Source of the DNA: Eledone cirrhosa
Taxonomy: Eukaryota
Direction of reading: 5' to 3'
DNA length: 64,000 nucleotides
Assembly (NCBI GenBank): GCA_964016885.1
Contig: OZ024743.1
Coordinates: 357,616,001 to 357,680,000 of the forward strand
The notes beneath the pieces were generated by a model, which was not told where the DNA came from, did not search any database, and saw nothing but the letters and a program-made list of their open reading frames with translations. Below, piece by piece: positions 44,900 to 57,462 of this stretch. The translations under genes and the position numbers were made by a program. How positions within the stretch are numbered: the stretch's first letter is position 1; every line of letters begins with the position of its first letter.

Positions 44900-45287
44900 T
44901 AGCTGTGTATATGAAGTATGTATTTTTTGTATATCTAGCGATATACGGTATTTTTATTTTTATGAATAAACATTTTGAAACCCTTCAGCCATGAATTTGG
45001 AGACTGATGGCGTAGCACCATCTTCCGGATTGCAGCAGAAGGTAAGGGTGGGTAACTGACGACGATGACGTCATCGTTTCTGACTCTGGTCGTTATCAAG
45101 CCAGTACATCTTATTCCGCTCTCTCCTATAACTCAATATAGGCGAAAACATATAGTATAAACACCTATGTACATGGGCTGATGAGTCTCATTTGCATATA
45201 GATCTATCGGCTGGTTCGGCCGGAAAATAAAATTAAGGTGTTAGCTGTGTATAAGATGTGTGTATTTTTGTATATCTAGCGATATAC
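44900..45287 (+). mobile_element. ~342-nt unit with ~46-bp terminal direct repeat in (TA)n; incomplete HHR
   Basis: TAGCTGTGTAT..TGTATATCTAGCGATATAC at both ends; CTGATGAGTCT at 45178 lacks a GAAA half. Confidence 0.55.
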
Positions 45288-45501
<214 letters not shown>

Positions 45502-45635
45502 GGGGAAGCAAGAAAGTGTTGGTAAAATCCAGTACTTCAGTATGCGGATAGGGAGCACTCAACGAAGATATAAGTTCCTGAGTTATAATAGTGACGAAAC
45601 ATAAGTCAATTGCATGAACTCATAATCCTTTATTT

Positions 45636-45691
45636 ACTGCTATATATATTTCGATGATAGCCATTGAATGGCTATGACCTCATCAGACAGT
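45636..45691 (-). ncRNA. Type I hammerhead ribozyme in inverted pLTR
   Basis: ACTGT CTGATGA Ggtc ATAGCCA ttcaa TGGCTAT catC GAAA TATAT ATA GCAGT. Confidence 0.75.
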
Positions 45692-45938
45692 TAGTCAGTT
45701 CTTAGATATGCCAGCTCTGTGTTTATGGTGTTAATGGTATCAGAGCCTTGGCACATATGACCTTGTTAGGAATAATTTAATGTTGTCAGCAGGAAAATCT
45801 CTATTATAACTCGGGAACTTATATCTTCGTTGAGTGCTCCCTATCCGCATACTGAAGTACTGGATTTTACCAACACTTTCTTGCTTACCCCATGCTCCAC
45901 ACCCTGTTGAGCACTTCATACAGTGGCGGACCGCAGCC

Positions 45939-48274
45939 AATATGAATAAACTCACCACTCTGGCATCACTGAAGGACATCCCATTACCGGGCAAACGAGA
46001 ATACACCAGGAATCTCACTAAGAGTACTGACTCCCTAATACGCAGGCAGGATGAGGTGGAGGGCTTACCACTTTGATAGAGGAAACCCCAGTACTAATAA
46101 CAAAAAAACCATGGAGTGCCTCTTCTGATCAAGAAGGACCCCCCCCCCCCACAATAGACTATTGGAGGAGTTCGAGAACGAAATGATTGGCATTATTTCC
46201 AACATCAAATTTGCCGACCAATTATACCCGGGTCGAGAGTACCTTAGACGACTGGAAAATGGAATTACCGAGCTTAAGGAATCTACAGGAATACTCGTCC
46301 ATGCCGACAAAACCAACAACCTTTACAGCATGGACGTTCAACTTTACCATGAGCTAATCCTCAGGGAATTGAGAAAAAGCTACAAAAAAACGCCCGAGGT
46401 TACCCTGGAGGATATCAACATCAAGTCTTATGAGATCGTATCTGGTATTGGTATAGATGATAGGACGGTCCATGCCAACCAAGGGAGCAGAGGATTACCA
46501 TTAACGACCACAAACCAAACTTTGAGTCTAACCTGCCGGTCAAACTGATAGCCCCCTCCCGGTCAGACTAGGGGGTTATTAGCAAAAGCAATTTAGATAG
46601 GATCCTGCCCACACTTAAGAGTAAAATAAGGTTACAACTCTGGTCCTGCACCAGCCAGGTGCTGGACTGGTTTACATTTTTACCTGACAAACATAGGACT
46701 AGCTTCATACAACTAGACATCAACAATTACTACTCCTCTATCTCGCCCATAGTCCTGAACAAGGCACGCATATTCGCGATGAATAGGACAGACCTAACGC
46801 GCGACGAGGTCCGAATCATACACGCCGCCAGAAAGACCCTGATCCGATTCGGTGGGGACATATGGACCCGGAGTGACTGGCCAAATAACTTTGACATTAC
46901 AATGGGCTTACAATGGGCTCCAGTGACTCCGTAGTTAAGAGTGTCTCTGACAAGATCTCTAACTTGTCTGCCAATAAAGAGATCTTCAATAGTAATGCTG
47001 ATTACTATAACTCAGCGCTAGCTAAGGCGTCCCACAGCCATAGGATCAGCTATAACCCAAAGGGACATGATCGAGATGACGCAAAGGTACCCCGGGCCAA
47101 TAGCCTTAGGGGCATGAGTCGCCCACATAATATCTCGGTGACCAGTAGTAACACTCCCAGACCCCTATCCGTTACCACCCCTGGTAGAAGGTCCCGCATA
47201 ACACACCGGTCTAATACCTACAACTCTGAAGACAACTGCGGTGCGGAGAATAGGCACCCTTGCACCGGCCCCACCACCCGCCGAACCCTAATTGAGCAGG
47301 GAGGCCGCACCGCGCAGGTTTATAACCCCACGGTGGGCCCATATAACCCTCATGAGAGTGACCGCTCCGCACACCTGAGTGACACCAACCGAGCTCGACC
47401 TGAGCTGTGCACAACCCCGCGATGGACCACGGCAAACACCCAACAACCCCGCAAGAATAGGACCAGGAAGGTCACATGGTATAACCCCCCGTACTCGGTG
47501 GGTCTACGTACCAGCCTGGCTAGAACATTCTTTAGAGTACTGGATAAATGTTTCCCTAGGGCCCACAAGTGCCATAAAATATTCAACAGGCACACGGTGA
47601 AACTTTCCTACTCAACCACACGCTCCGTAGCCCAGCACATAGCCGGCATAAATAGGAATAGGCTCAATGCCTCTAATACCACCGTAAACCCCGGAGCCAC
47701 CCAACGGAACCAGCACGCAGGACGCACCAGACCCCGGACAAGCCCAACTAACACACCGGAACCCAACGACCCTGTGCTGATTGCGGCGGCTACCCAGCCA
47801 GCCCCGAGTGATGGTAACCACGCGGTACATGTGCTGGGGCTTAAGAAGTCATGCAATTGCAGAGACCCATCACTATGCCCCCTTAGTAATGAATGCATGA
47901 CGAAAAACGTAGTCTACAGGTGCAAGGTCACAACCCCTAACTCGGAGCACAACTACATAGGATTCGCGGCGACGAGCTTCAAAGATAGGTGGTATAACCA
48001 TCGCCATTCCTTTAACAGAATAGAAAAGGGGAAATGTACGGCCCTTTCTGAATTGATCTGGAAGCTCAAACTTGAAAAGACCCCGCACTCTCTGGTCTGG
48101 TCCGTGGTTAGAAAGGTTCTCCCAGACAGAGGCATGTCTGGTATTTGCAACCTCTGTCTTAGTGAGACATTCGAGATACTTCATGGCGGAACCAAGAGAT
48201 TAAACAGAAGGGCCGACTTATTCGGCACCTGCAGACACCTAAGGACGGGAACTTTCCTCAAGCTATATGGATAA
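45939..48274 (+). pseudogene. PLE polyprotein pseudogene; RT catalytic core deleted; C-terminal 453-aa ORF with GIY-YIG
   Basis: ADKTNNLY and FIQLDINNYYSSI motifs. MGSSDS is joined directly to the thumb region with no YRDD. WYNPPY, CNCRDPSLCPLSNEC, VVY..YIG..FKDRW and CNLCLSE follow. Confidence 0.9.
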
Positions 48275-49569
48275 ACCTCGGTTATGGCCTCCCACAACGC
48301 TCGCAGGTGCCCTACACCCCGTACCAATGACCAATGGACAACAACAACCACCTATAGTTTGTAGTCCCTACGGTAGATTGTCCACCGGATCCTCTACTGG
48401 TTAGGAGTCAACAAAACGACGTTTATTGAACCTGAGGACCCCCCCGGGAGTAGCCCATACAGGAAGAACAATTATCCCAAGGTACTAACCCTATACGCAT
48501 GAATGAGTGCCCGCAACCGTGCATTGTGTGTGTATACTGGGATTACGTGAATGTACACACTCATGTGAACGCAACAAAATACTAATACCCCAGGTTGCAT
48601 TTGAAAAATGTTCGAGTGTATGCTTAAGAGTATATTTGTATATGCTCTCTTGTATGAGTGCACATGTGTATATAGACATACACGCGCATCCAGAGGTATA
48701 AAAGTGTGGGTGGGTATATATGTCTGTACTAAGGGACTCGCCTAAGCTCCAAAGCCCCCAAGCTATTGCTGTGAAGATATATATCACACTCTACTTTTGT
48801 CTAGTCTAAACAATAACTTTTCCAAACACCCACTTTACTTTTCTTTAAAAATAACACCCACCTAGTTTTATGCCTGCCTTATACTTGAATTTGGGGGCCT
48901 CTGTTGTATATATATATATGCACTTGTACGTATATATATATACACACACCTGTATGGATTTGTGTGTGTAGATGTGTGTGTGTCTGAGAGGTAGGTGTGA
49001 GTGTATGTACAAGTCAACCAACATAAGTCGTTTTATTTCTAAAATTTCTAAACTTTCTAAGTATTTGACTCTAACCATAATTTTCAGTATTACCACCCCA
49101 CATAAATTCCTCAATTTGTATGTGTGGCTGTGTGTGTGTGTCTGTGGAGGTGGGTGTGAGTGTATGTGCAAGTCAACCAACATAAGTCTTTTTATATGTA
49201 AATTTTCAAGGATTCTACTCTAACCATAATTTTCAGTAGTACCACCCCACATAAATTCCTCAATTTAAGAATGACCTGTAGTATCGAATTTCATACTATA
49301 AACCTCAATTGAATATATATCTGACCAGGAATGCTTTTTGTGAAAATCAGTCATATGGAACTATTGTCATCTTGCCTGACGGTTTGAACTTTACAACACC
49401 ACCTGCCTCTTTGAGGTCAAATACCAACCTTACTAGCATTTACAAACTGACCAATAAGAATTAAGATTTTTCCTGCTGATAATATTAAATTATTCCTAAC
49501 AAGCTCATATGCCCCAAGGCTCTGATACCATCAACACCATAAACACAGAGCATATCTAAGAACTGACTA

Positions 49570-49602
49570 ACTGCCTGATGAGGTCGAAATATATATAGCA
49601 GT
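49570..49602 (+). ncRNA. Hammerhead remnant with stem II deleted
   Basis: ACTGC CTGATGA GGTC GAAA TATATATA GCAGT; 23 bp missing relative to 45636-45691. Confidence 0.65.
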
Positions 49603-50078
49603 AAATAAAGGATTATGAGTTCATGCAATTGACTTATGTTTCATCACTATATATGTATGCATATATATGTGATTTGTAGCCTTCGGAACCATATTATTCA
49701 AAGCCGTTTTAATTGGGGAATTTCTAAGCCATAAATTTATTTTCATGAGTTCTAAAGTGACGAAAGTGCTAAAAAGAAAAGAGAAATCATAGGATTTGAA
49801 GAATTATTTAGCAATAATTAGAAAATACGAATGTGGTGAGACAAAAGTAACAATAGGCAGAGAATAGTGCAGAATATTATTCAGGACAGGAAGTTTTATA
49901 AAGAGCAGGTCAAAGTTCTGTTTCATTGTCCAATTTATAAGCAATAAAATAAAACAGACTCTCCAATAATCATGATGAAACGTCTTTTATCAATTTGGAT
50001 CAAAGATTTTAATTTTTTTTTTCCGGTAATAATTTTTTGTTTCTTTTTTATCTATGTGCCTTTTATTTACATGTGAAT

Positions 50079-50760
50079 TGGCAGTATCGGTAGAGGGTTG
50101 GACGCCATGTTTTCTAGCATAGTTACGTCCCTTTACGGTCTGAGTTCAAATCCCGCCAAGGTTAACTTTGCCTTTCATCCTTACGGGGTCGATAAAATAA
50201 AGTACCAGTAATGTACTGGGTAATTGATGGCCTTGTGCCTAAAGTAGAAACAATTATTTTATATACTCATATACACCGGGTCCGAACTCAGAGGAACCAA
50301 TCTCGCACTGTCACTGCCTCCGTCTCTCCCGCTCTCCCCATCCCTCATTATTATGAGCAATGGATTGGCACTATCGGTAGAGAGTTGGACACCATGCTTT
50401 GCAGCGTAGAGTTACGGCCCTTTACGGTCTGAGTTCAAATCCCGCCGAGGTTAACTTTGCCTTTCATCCTTACAGGGTTGATAAAATAAAGTACTAGTAA
50501 CGTACTGGGGTCGATTTAATCGACTTTCCCCTCCCCAAAATTACTGGCTTTGTGCCTATAGTAGAAATCATGGATTGGCAGTATCAGTAGAGAGTCGGAC
50601 GCCATGCTTTGAAGCATAGAGTTACCTCCCTTTATGATCTGAGTTCAAATCCCGCCGAGGTTAACTTTGCCTTTCATTCTTACGGGGTCGATAAAATAAA
50701 GTACCAGTAATGCACTGGGATAATTGCTGGCCTTGTGCCAAAAGTAGAAACAATTATTAT
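50079..50760 (+). mobile_element. Three tandem tRNA-derived Nin/Deu-domain SINEs
   Basis: A-box-like TGGCAGTATCGG, B-box GAGTTCAAATCC and central ACTTTGCCTTTCATCCTTACGGGGTCGATAAAATAAAGTACCAG; copies start near 50079, 50366 and 50576. Confidence 0.88.
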
Positions 50761-52329
50761 GAGCAAATGGAGGTCCATGCGCTGGCCATCCCGCGCCTCC
50801 GGCGGACAAATAAAAGAACTTTAAAATGAAGGTAGTCAGTCCGTTTGCATGAATATGGAAAGAAGAAAACAAAACTGCAGTGAAAAACTAACGAACATTT
50901 AAAAAAAAAAGTTTTTAGGTGTTTCGATAGATTTAGAAAACTATGTGGAATCCACAATGTTAGAGTGGAATGGATAAAAGCGAGCGCAGATGTTAGTATA
51001 GCTACTAGACATCCCACTGAGTTTGAAAGAAAATGAAATAACTTTAAAATGGTGATTATTTTGATAAACAAATTATAATTGGATTATTGCGGAAACGAAT
51101 ACATAAAAAATATTTTTTTGTGAAAAAAGAAAATAATGCAATCTGGATTTAAAGATGCCGATGATCAGCTGAAACTTTTATTCAGTGGAAATAAAGGGGA
51201 TAAAAAAAATCCATGTTAATAAATCAATCAAAAAACCCTCGGCTTAACAAACATTCCCAAGCAATATTTTGAAAATTCAATAGAAAAGCTTTGTTTACGA
51301 AATATATATTTGAAGTTTTTTCTATAATAGTTTCCGTCCCGTGGCCGATATATATAAATTTAAATTTAAAATATTTATGAAATTTAGATATTGCTCCGAG
51401 ACACTCAAATGCACTTGATGATTTTTACCGAAATCATGTATATACACACCTAAATGTGTACATTTGCATGTATATACACAAGTACAATTGCCTTTCAAGG
51501 TCGATAAAAAAAGTACCAGTCTTGTACTGGGTTCGATTCTTCCTCTATATCTCTTTCACATTTCCTCTCTCTCTATCTTTCTCTGGAAGAAATCTTCTGT
51601 ACTAGGCCTGGGGAGAAATGGGTTCCGCCAGGCTTCAAATGCCCAAGAAACGCTCTATGTCAATTCTGCACCCCTACGACTCTATCAAGAATTACGGGAC
51701 CAAACATACATACACAAGTACAAAGGTTTTTATTATAATGAAAACTAATCTTAGAATCTGAATTACGACAGTAGCCTATCTGTATGCTATTAATGTGTAG
51801 ATACATCTCATTCATATGAGTGTAGTGTGAGGTCTTTTATAACATGTATTTACAAGCCTAAATCAATATTGTGTAAACTGTATATGTATACGTGTGAGTA
51901 TATATATCTGGAAATGAAAGTATATACATATACGTATATCAACATATATATGAATATATGTACATGCATGTTTATACTAACTTTCGTATGTACGTGTATG
52001 GGAGTGTACACATATAGACTAGTGCAAATATGTGTTTATGTATATATACCTATGCATATGTGTGTGTAAATGCGTGTGCTTACAATAGTGTATGCGAGTG
52101 TATGTTCGAATTTGCGCGTACGTGAGTATATATATGCGTATACGCAGGTTGGCGAGTATATGCATATAGTCACAATATATTTATACGTGCGGACAAGAGC
52201 GTGTTATTCTTTAAAGTGTTAATGTAATAAGTAACGACAGAAATGCTGTAATATATTTGAATCATATATTTACTAATCGAGGTAAGTTAGTAACGTTATT
52301 AGTAATATAAGTAGCATATTTTCAACATA

Positions 52330-53550
52330 ATTATTATACTTATTATTATTATTATCCCCTCTCCCTCAAATTGTTGACCCTGTGCCTAAAGCAGAAATCA
52401 TTATTATCATTGTCGATTGGCAGTATAGGTAGAGGGTCGGACGCCATGCTTTGACGCATAGAGTTACGGCCTTTGCCATTCTGAGTTCAAATCCCGCCGA
52501 GATTAACTTTGCCTTTCATCCTTACGGGGTCGATAAAATAAAGTACCAGTAATACACTGGTATAATTGCTGGTCTTGTGCCAAAAGTAGAAACAATTATT
52601 ATCATTGTTATTCCCGCCGAGGTTAACTTTGCCTTTCATCCTTACGGGGTCGATAAAATAAAGTACCAGTAATATACTGGTATAATTGCTGGTCTTGTGC
52701 CAAAAGTAGAAACAATTATTATCATTGTTATTCCCGCCGAGGTTAACTTTGCCTTTCATCCTTACGGAGTCGATAAAATAAAGTACCAGTAATTGCTGGC
52801 CTTGTGCCCAAAGAAGAAACAATTATCAGCATTGTTATTAGTATTATTATCATTGGAAGTATCAGTAGAGAGTCAGACACCATGCTTTGACACATAGAGT
52901 TACGGCCCTTTCCATTCTGAGTTCAAATCCCGCCGAGGTCAACTTTGCCTTTCATCCTTACGGGGTCGATAATATAAAGTATCAGTAATGTACTGGGTAT
53001 TTGCTGGCCTTATGCCAAAAGTAGAAACAATTATTATCATTTCATTATTATTATTAGTTTTATTACTGGTGCTACCATTATCATTATTGTTATTATTGTT
53101 GTTGTAAAGACAGTGTATTGGCAGTATTGGTAGAGCATCGGACAACATGCTTTATGGCATAGAATTACGGCCCTTTACGATAGAGTTCAAATCCTGCCGA
53201 GGTTAACTTTGCCTTCACGGGGTCGATAAAATAGAGTACCAGTAATGGACTGGGGTCGGTTTAATCGACTTTCACCTCGCCCAAAATTGTTGACCTTGTG
53301 CCTAAATCTGAAATCATTATTGTCGTTGTAAGGCCAGTATATTGGTAGTGTCGGTAGAGCGTCGGAGAACATGCTTTACGGCAAATAGTTACGACCCTTT
53401 ACGTTCTGAGTTCGAATCTCGCCGAGGTTAACTTTGCCTTTTATCCTTACGGTGTCGGTAAAATAAAGTACCAGTAACGCACTGGGGTCGATTTAATTGA
53501 CTTTCCCCTTCCCTTCAAACTGCTGGCCTTGTGCCAAATATAGAAACTAT
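52330..53550 (+). mobile_element. Head-to-tail SINE array (4 full copies, 2 headless 120-bp repeats, 1 tail)
   Basis: Same SINE family; TCCCGCCGA occurs at 52492, 52612 and 52732. Confidence 0.88.
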
Positions 53551-55149
53551 TCGGTTTATATAATAAACTATACACCGTTAGCTTATTACTATGTATGCAC
53601 ACTAGCTTTCTTTACCTGGTTGAATGGCTTAACACTCATTCCATTTATTCTATCTGCAAAGTAGGGCAAGACGTGTTTTCCTGGGCTCTGCTAGAGTTAG
53701 CAGCAACACACACAACCACGTGTTGCTACACGCAGGGGAAAAAATAACCCCCGAAATAGAGATATGCACATTTATATATTTATATCTAATTATCGTTATT
53801 ATTATTTACTGATGTCCCTCCATGTTTAACGTGAAATACAGGTTTATTAATATATGTACCTGTATATTTACCTATATGTATGTGTGTGCACCTACTCTTG
53901 ATTGGAAAAAAAGATTTCTGGACCTACGAATTCAACACCAAACGAGGTAAACATTTTCAACTTTTCCACATCCACTCTGCCTGAATGTTCTCTTAACGTA
54001 ATATCTGATCCAAGCTCTATTTAAGATTTGTTTACCATACATTGATGATCTTACGCTTGGATTACCCATTACTCAAATACTTTTGCGTTCCAAACATTCG
54101 AGGCATTAATACAGGCATGTCTAATACAGGATTCCCGGAATCAGAATGTGCTGCTATGATGGAATACATCCTAGAATAGAAACATAACCACAAATAATAA
54201 ATGCTATTAACCATTGATATAACGCAGCTCGTAGCTGTAGCTCTGTTACATATTCCCACGTGGAACAGTTATGCCTTTCTGTATTTTAGATACGATATTT
54301 TCCTGTAACGTTTTGAAGTATATCTGTCTTCACAGACTTTAGAATTTCTCAGTTTTTGAAGATCCCGGAATAGGGTTAAATTAAAGATTATAACTTAAAC
54401 TTTAATTTATTCAAGTAATAAGTATTTGCTCTACGGTTATAAATATTATTGTCGCAAACATATAGTTTTAACGCTTATGTATATGGACTTATTAGCTTCA
54501 TTTGCATACAGAAAATTAGGCTGATTCGGTCTGAACAAAAAATATAGTTATGATGTTCACTTCAACACAGATGTATACACACATTTATGTAAGGCTTGTA
54601 TATCGAATCATATACGATATGTTTACGAATAAACATTTGAAAGCCTTTAGCTATGAATTTTAAAGGTGATGGCTTTCAAATTAAACATTTCGGCATCACA
54701 CATAGCATGAGATGTCTACGCATGGCATATGTGGATACTCGAAACGGGAAAGGATTTCGCATTTGGAACTTAAATGTAACAAGCCTGGCACCGTTAAACA
54801 TTTAATGGTCAATTATTAGACATGCCTACCCATACGTACTTGGTAGCTTTCGTTTAAATATATTTTGTTTGATTCAGTTCCCAAATTTAGACGATAAGAT
54901 GTTATCAGAGGTTCCTTGGCTCAATAGTGAGAGCACTCAGTCGGTATCTCAAATACGAAGTTCGATTCCTCATAGCGGCCTTACCAAGGTCTTTTTTTCC
55001 GTCTCTATGGTTTTTACCCGATTTTTTATAAGCTATTTTATAGCAACTGACTGTAATTGCAATTATTTTCTGCGCCCAACCATCCTACATAAATTTATTT
55101 CCTCAGCGTTTCGTAAGTTCGAATGTTCAAGTTTCACACACGATGTTTG

Positions 55150-55184
<35 letters not shown>

Positions 55185-55185
<1 letters not shown>

Positions 55186-56222
55186 TAGCCGAAATACCCT
55201 CGCGTTGCTGCGTTTCACACATATATATATTTTTTTTTTTTTTTTTGTAAGAAAATGATGATTGATTTTAAATCAGTGATATAATTTATGGAGAAAAACT
55301 CTGCATTTCAACATTACTCAATGTAAAATGTAATGCATGAAAATCCCGCCGAGGTTAACTTTGCCTTTCATCCTTACGGGGTCGATAAAATAAAGTACCA
55401 GTAATACACTGGGTAATTGCGGGCCTTGTGCCAAAAAGTAGAAACAATTATTTTTTGTAATATATCAAATCAAAGTTACATTATTAAATCTTATTCTTAT
55501 TTTGTTTCTTTTTTTCACAATATCAATTTGTGAATAGCCATCATATCTTATCATTTACCTATGATTTAAATTTCACATAACTCGAAGGGAAAAAAATTTC
55601 AGCGGGGGTTTGTGCCCCCAGGGATCCCTAATAGGAGGTTTAACTCCCATTAGGGTGTCTTAATATTATTGATATTTGCTGAAATTTTGTGAATAGGCAT
55701 CATATCTTGTCATTTACATATGGTTTAAATTTCATATAAATCGAAGGGAGAACATTTTCAGCGGGGGTTTTCAGCGGGTTTTATCATTAAAATGAAATAT
55801 ACTTATCCAAGTACCCTGGGCAACGAAGTTTCAGAATATATATATGGTTATGGGGGTCTATCTCCAAAACCATACGAGGAGTTCGTGAAATCTTGTTCCA
55901 TTTATTGGTCAAAATTTTCACTATAGGGGTTTAACCCCCATTAGGGTGTCTTAATATTATTTAAATTTGCTGAAATTGTGTGACTAGACATCATATCTTG
56001 TCCTTTACCTATGGTTTAGATTTCATATAAATAGAAGGGATAACATTTTCAGCGGGGGTTTGTGCCTCCGGGGAACCCTATGATTAAAATGAAATATACT
56101 TATCCAAGTACCCTGGGCAATGTAGTTTCAGAATATATATATTTATGTGGGTTCTATCTCCAAAACCATAGGAGGAGTTCGTAAACAAACACACAAACAA
56201 AAATCAAACAGACAGGAACTAC

Positions 56223-56259
<37 letters not shown>
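55185..56259 (-). mobile_element. Non-autonomous Helitron-like element with internal tandem repeats and a nested SINE fragment
   Basis: The minus strand begins TC-(TA)n and ends CGCAGCAACGCGAGGG..CTAG|T. It has a ~290-bp internal duplication and a SINE piece at 55342-55452. Confidence 0.6.
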
Positions 56260-56272
<13 letters not shown>

Positions 56273-56279
<7 letters not shown>

Positions 56280-56870
56280 ATTGAGGTTGGTAATGGCACA
56301 TGGAATATATAAGAGACAGAATACTTTTTTGTGAAAAAACATATAATTTTATAAGGTAAGGAAATAATAAAGGGTATAAACAATGACCGGTTTCGATGGG
56401 TCTGCAAAAGCCATCTTTTCAAATGTTGATTAATATTAAGAAAAATTAATAATACGAAGAGTTAAAATTTGAGATTTGAAAATTCAAGTATAAAATTCAT
56501 TGTGGGATTTCATAGTAGTTTTCATCTAGGTAGCAACAACAGGTTGACTGCTGTGTCCCTTTCTGGTAGTGAATGAGCAGAAAGGGACACAGCAGTCAAC
56601 CTGTTGTTGCTACCTAGATGAAAACTACTATGAAATCCCACAATGAATTTTATACTTGAATTTTCAAATCTCAAATTTTAACTCTTCGTATTATTAATTT
56701 TTCTTAATATTAATCAACATTTGAAAAGATGGCTTTTGCAGACCCATCGAAACCGGTCATTTTTTATACCCTTTATTATTTCCTTACCTTATAAAATTAT
56801 ATGTTTTTTCACAAAAAAGTATTCTGTCTCTTATATATTCCATGTGCCATTACCAACCTCAATTTTCTCT
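56273..56870. repeat. Near-perfect palindrome: 293-bp arms, 12-bp spacer
   Basis: 56273-56565 versus 56578-56870, one mismatch seen. Confidence 0.95.
56716..56764 (+). ncRNA. Hammerhead-like motif with altered core (mirror copy at ~56379-56427 on minus)
   Basis: AACAT TTGAAAA GATGG cttttgcagac CCATC GAAA CCGG TC AT. Confidence 0.55.
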
Positions 56871-56928
56871 ATAACCTTCGTTTTGTGTAGAAAATTACAC
56901 TTTTTATATATATATATATATATATATA

Positions 56929-57125
56929 TAGGAAAAAATATGACCCCGACGGCAGAGCTCAAGCCGTTACGACGGCTATTTCTTAGTCCAGAAATAGCTG
57001 TCGAAACGGCTTGAGCTCTGCCGTCGGGGTCATATCTTTTCCTATTTCCCACTCTACTACCCTAAGTATTGAGTACTCTGGTGCGTTATGGTCCATCTGA
57101 TTCCTTACCACAATGCCTTTGTTAT
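56929..57125 (+). mobile_element. 'CCCCGACGGC' family copy preserving HHR stem II-GAAA-stem III-GUC
   Basis: GACGGCTATTTC ttagtcca GAAATAGCTGTC GAAA CGGC ttgagctct GCCG TC GGGGTC; the 5' core is replaced by an inverted copy. Confidence 0.7.
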
Positions 57126-57153
57126 ATATATATATATATATATACATAATGGG

Positions 57154-57259
57154 TGAATAGAGAGTCTTGTTACTCTGGAGTTTCGCTTGTTTATCACAGA
57201 TAATCTGATAACCCTGTGATAAACAGGCGAAACTCCAGAGTAACAAAACTCACTATTTA
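57154..57259. repeat. Palindrome centred on a putative HHR stem II
   Basis: GCTTGTTTATCACAG..CTGTGATAAACAGGC GAAA CTC ca GAG TA; the left arm is the mirror of the GAAA/stem III part. Confidence 0.7.
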
Positions 57260-57310
57260 GCTTTAATAAAATGAATATTAAAACTCTACTTCGGTATTGA
57301 GACCACATAC

Positions 57311-57388
<78 letters not shown>

Positions 57389-57409
57389 TTGATAATAATG
57401 GAGCTGCGG

Positions 57410-57462
<53 letters not shown>

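Larger units (their letters stand above)
45507..49651 (+). mobile_element. Penelope-like element (Naiad-like) with 5' inverted pLTR segment
   Basis: 45588-45800 is the reverse complement of 49464-49651 and 45507-45591 is the reverse complement of 45801-45886; broken RT-GIY-YIG ORF. Confidence 0.9.

Noticed and set aside
50079-50160. tRNA gene
   Set aside because: A/B-box-like head of a SINE; no cloverleaf, and it is followed by the SINE body.
52492-52830. Regularly spaced repeats resembling a CRISPR array
   Set aside because: These are whole 120-bp SINE-derived units without unique spacers, in a eukaryotic context with no cas genes.
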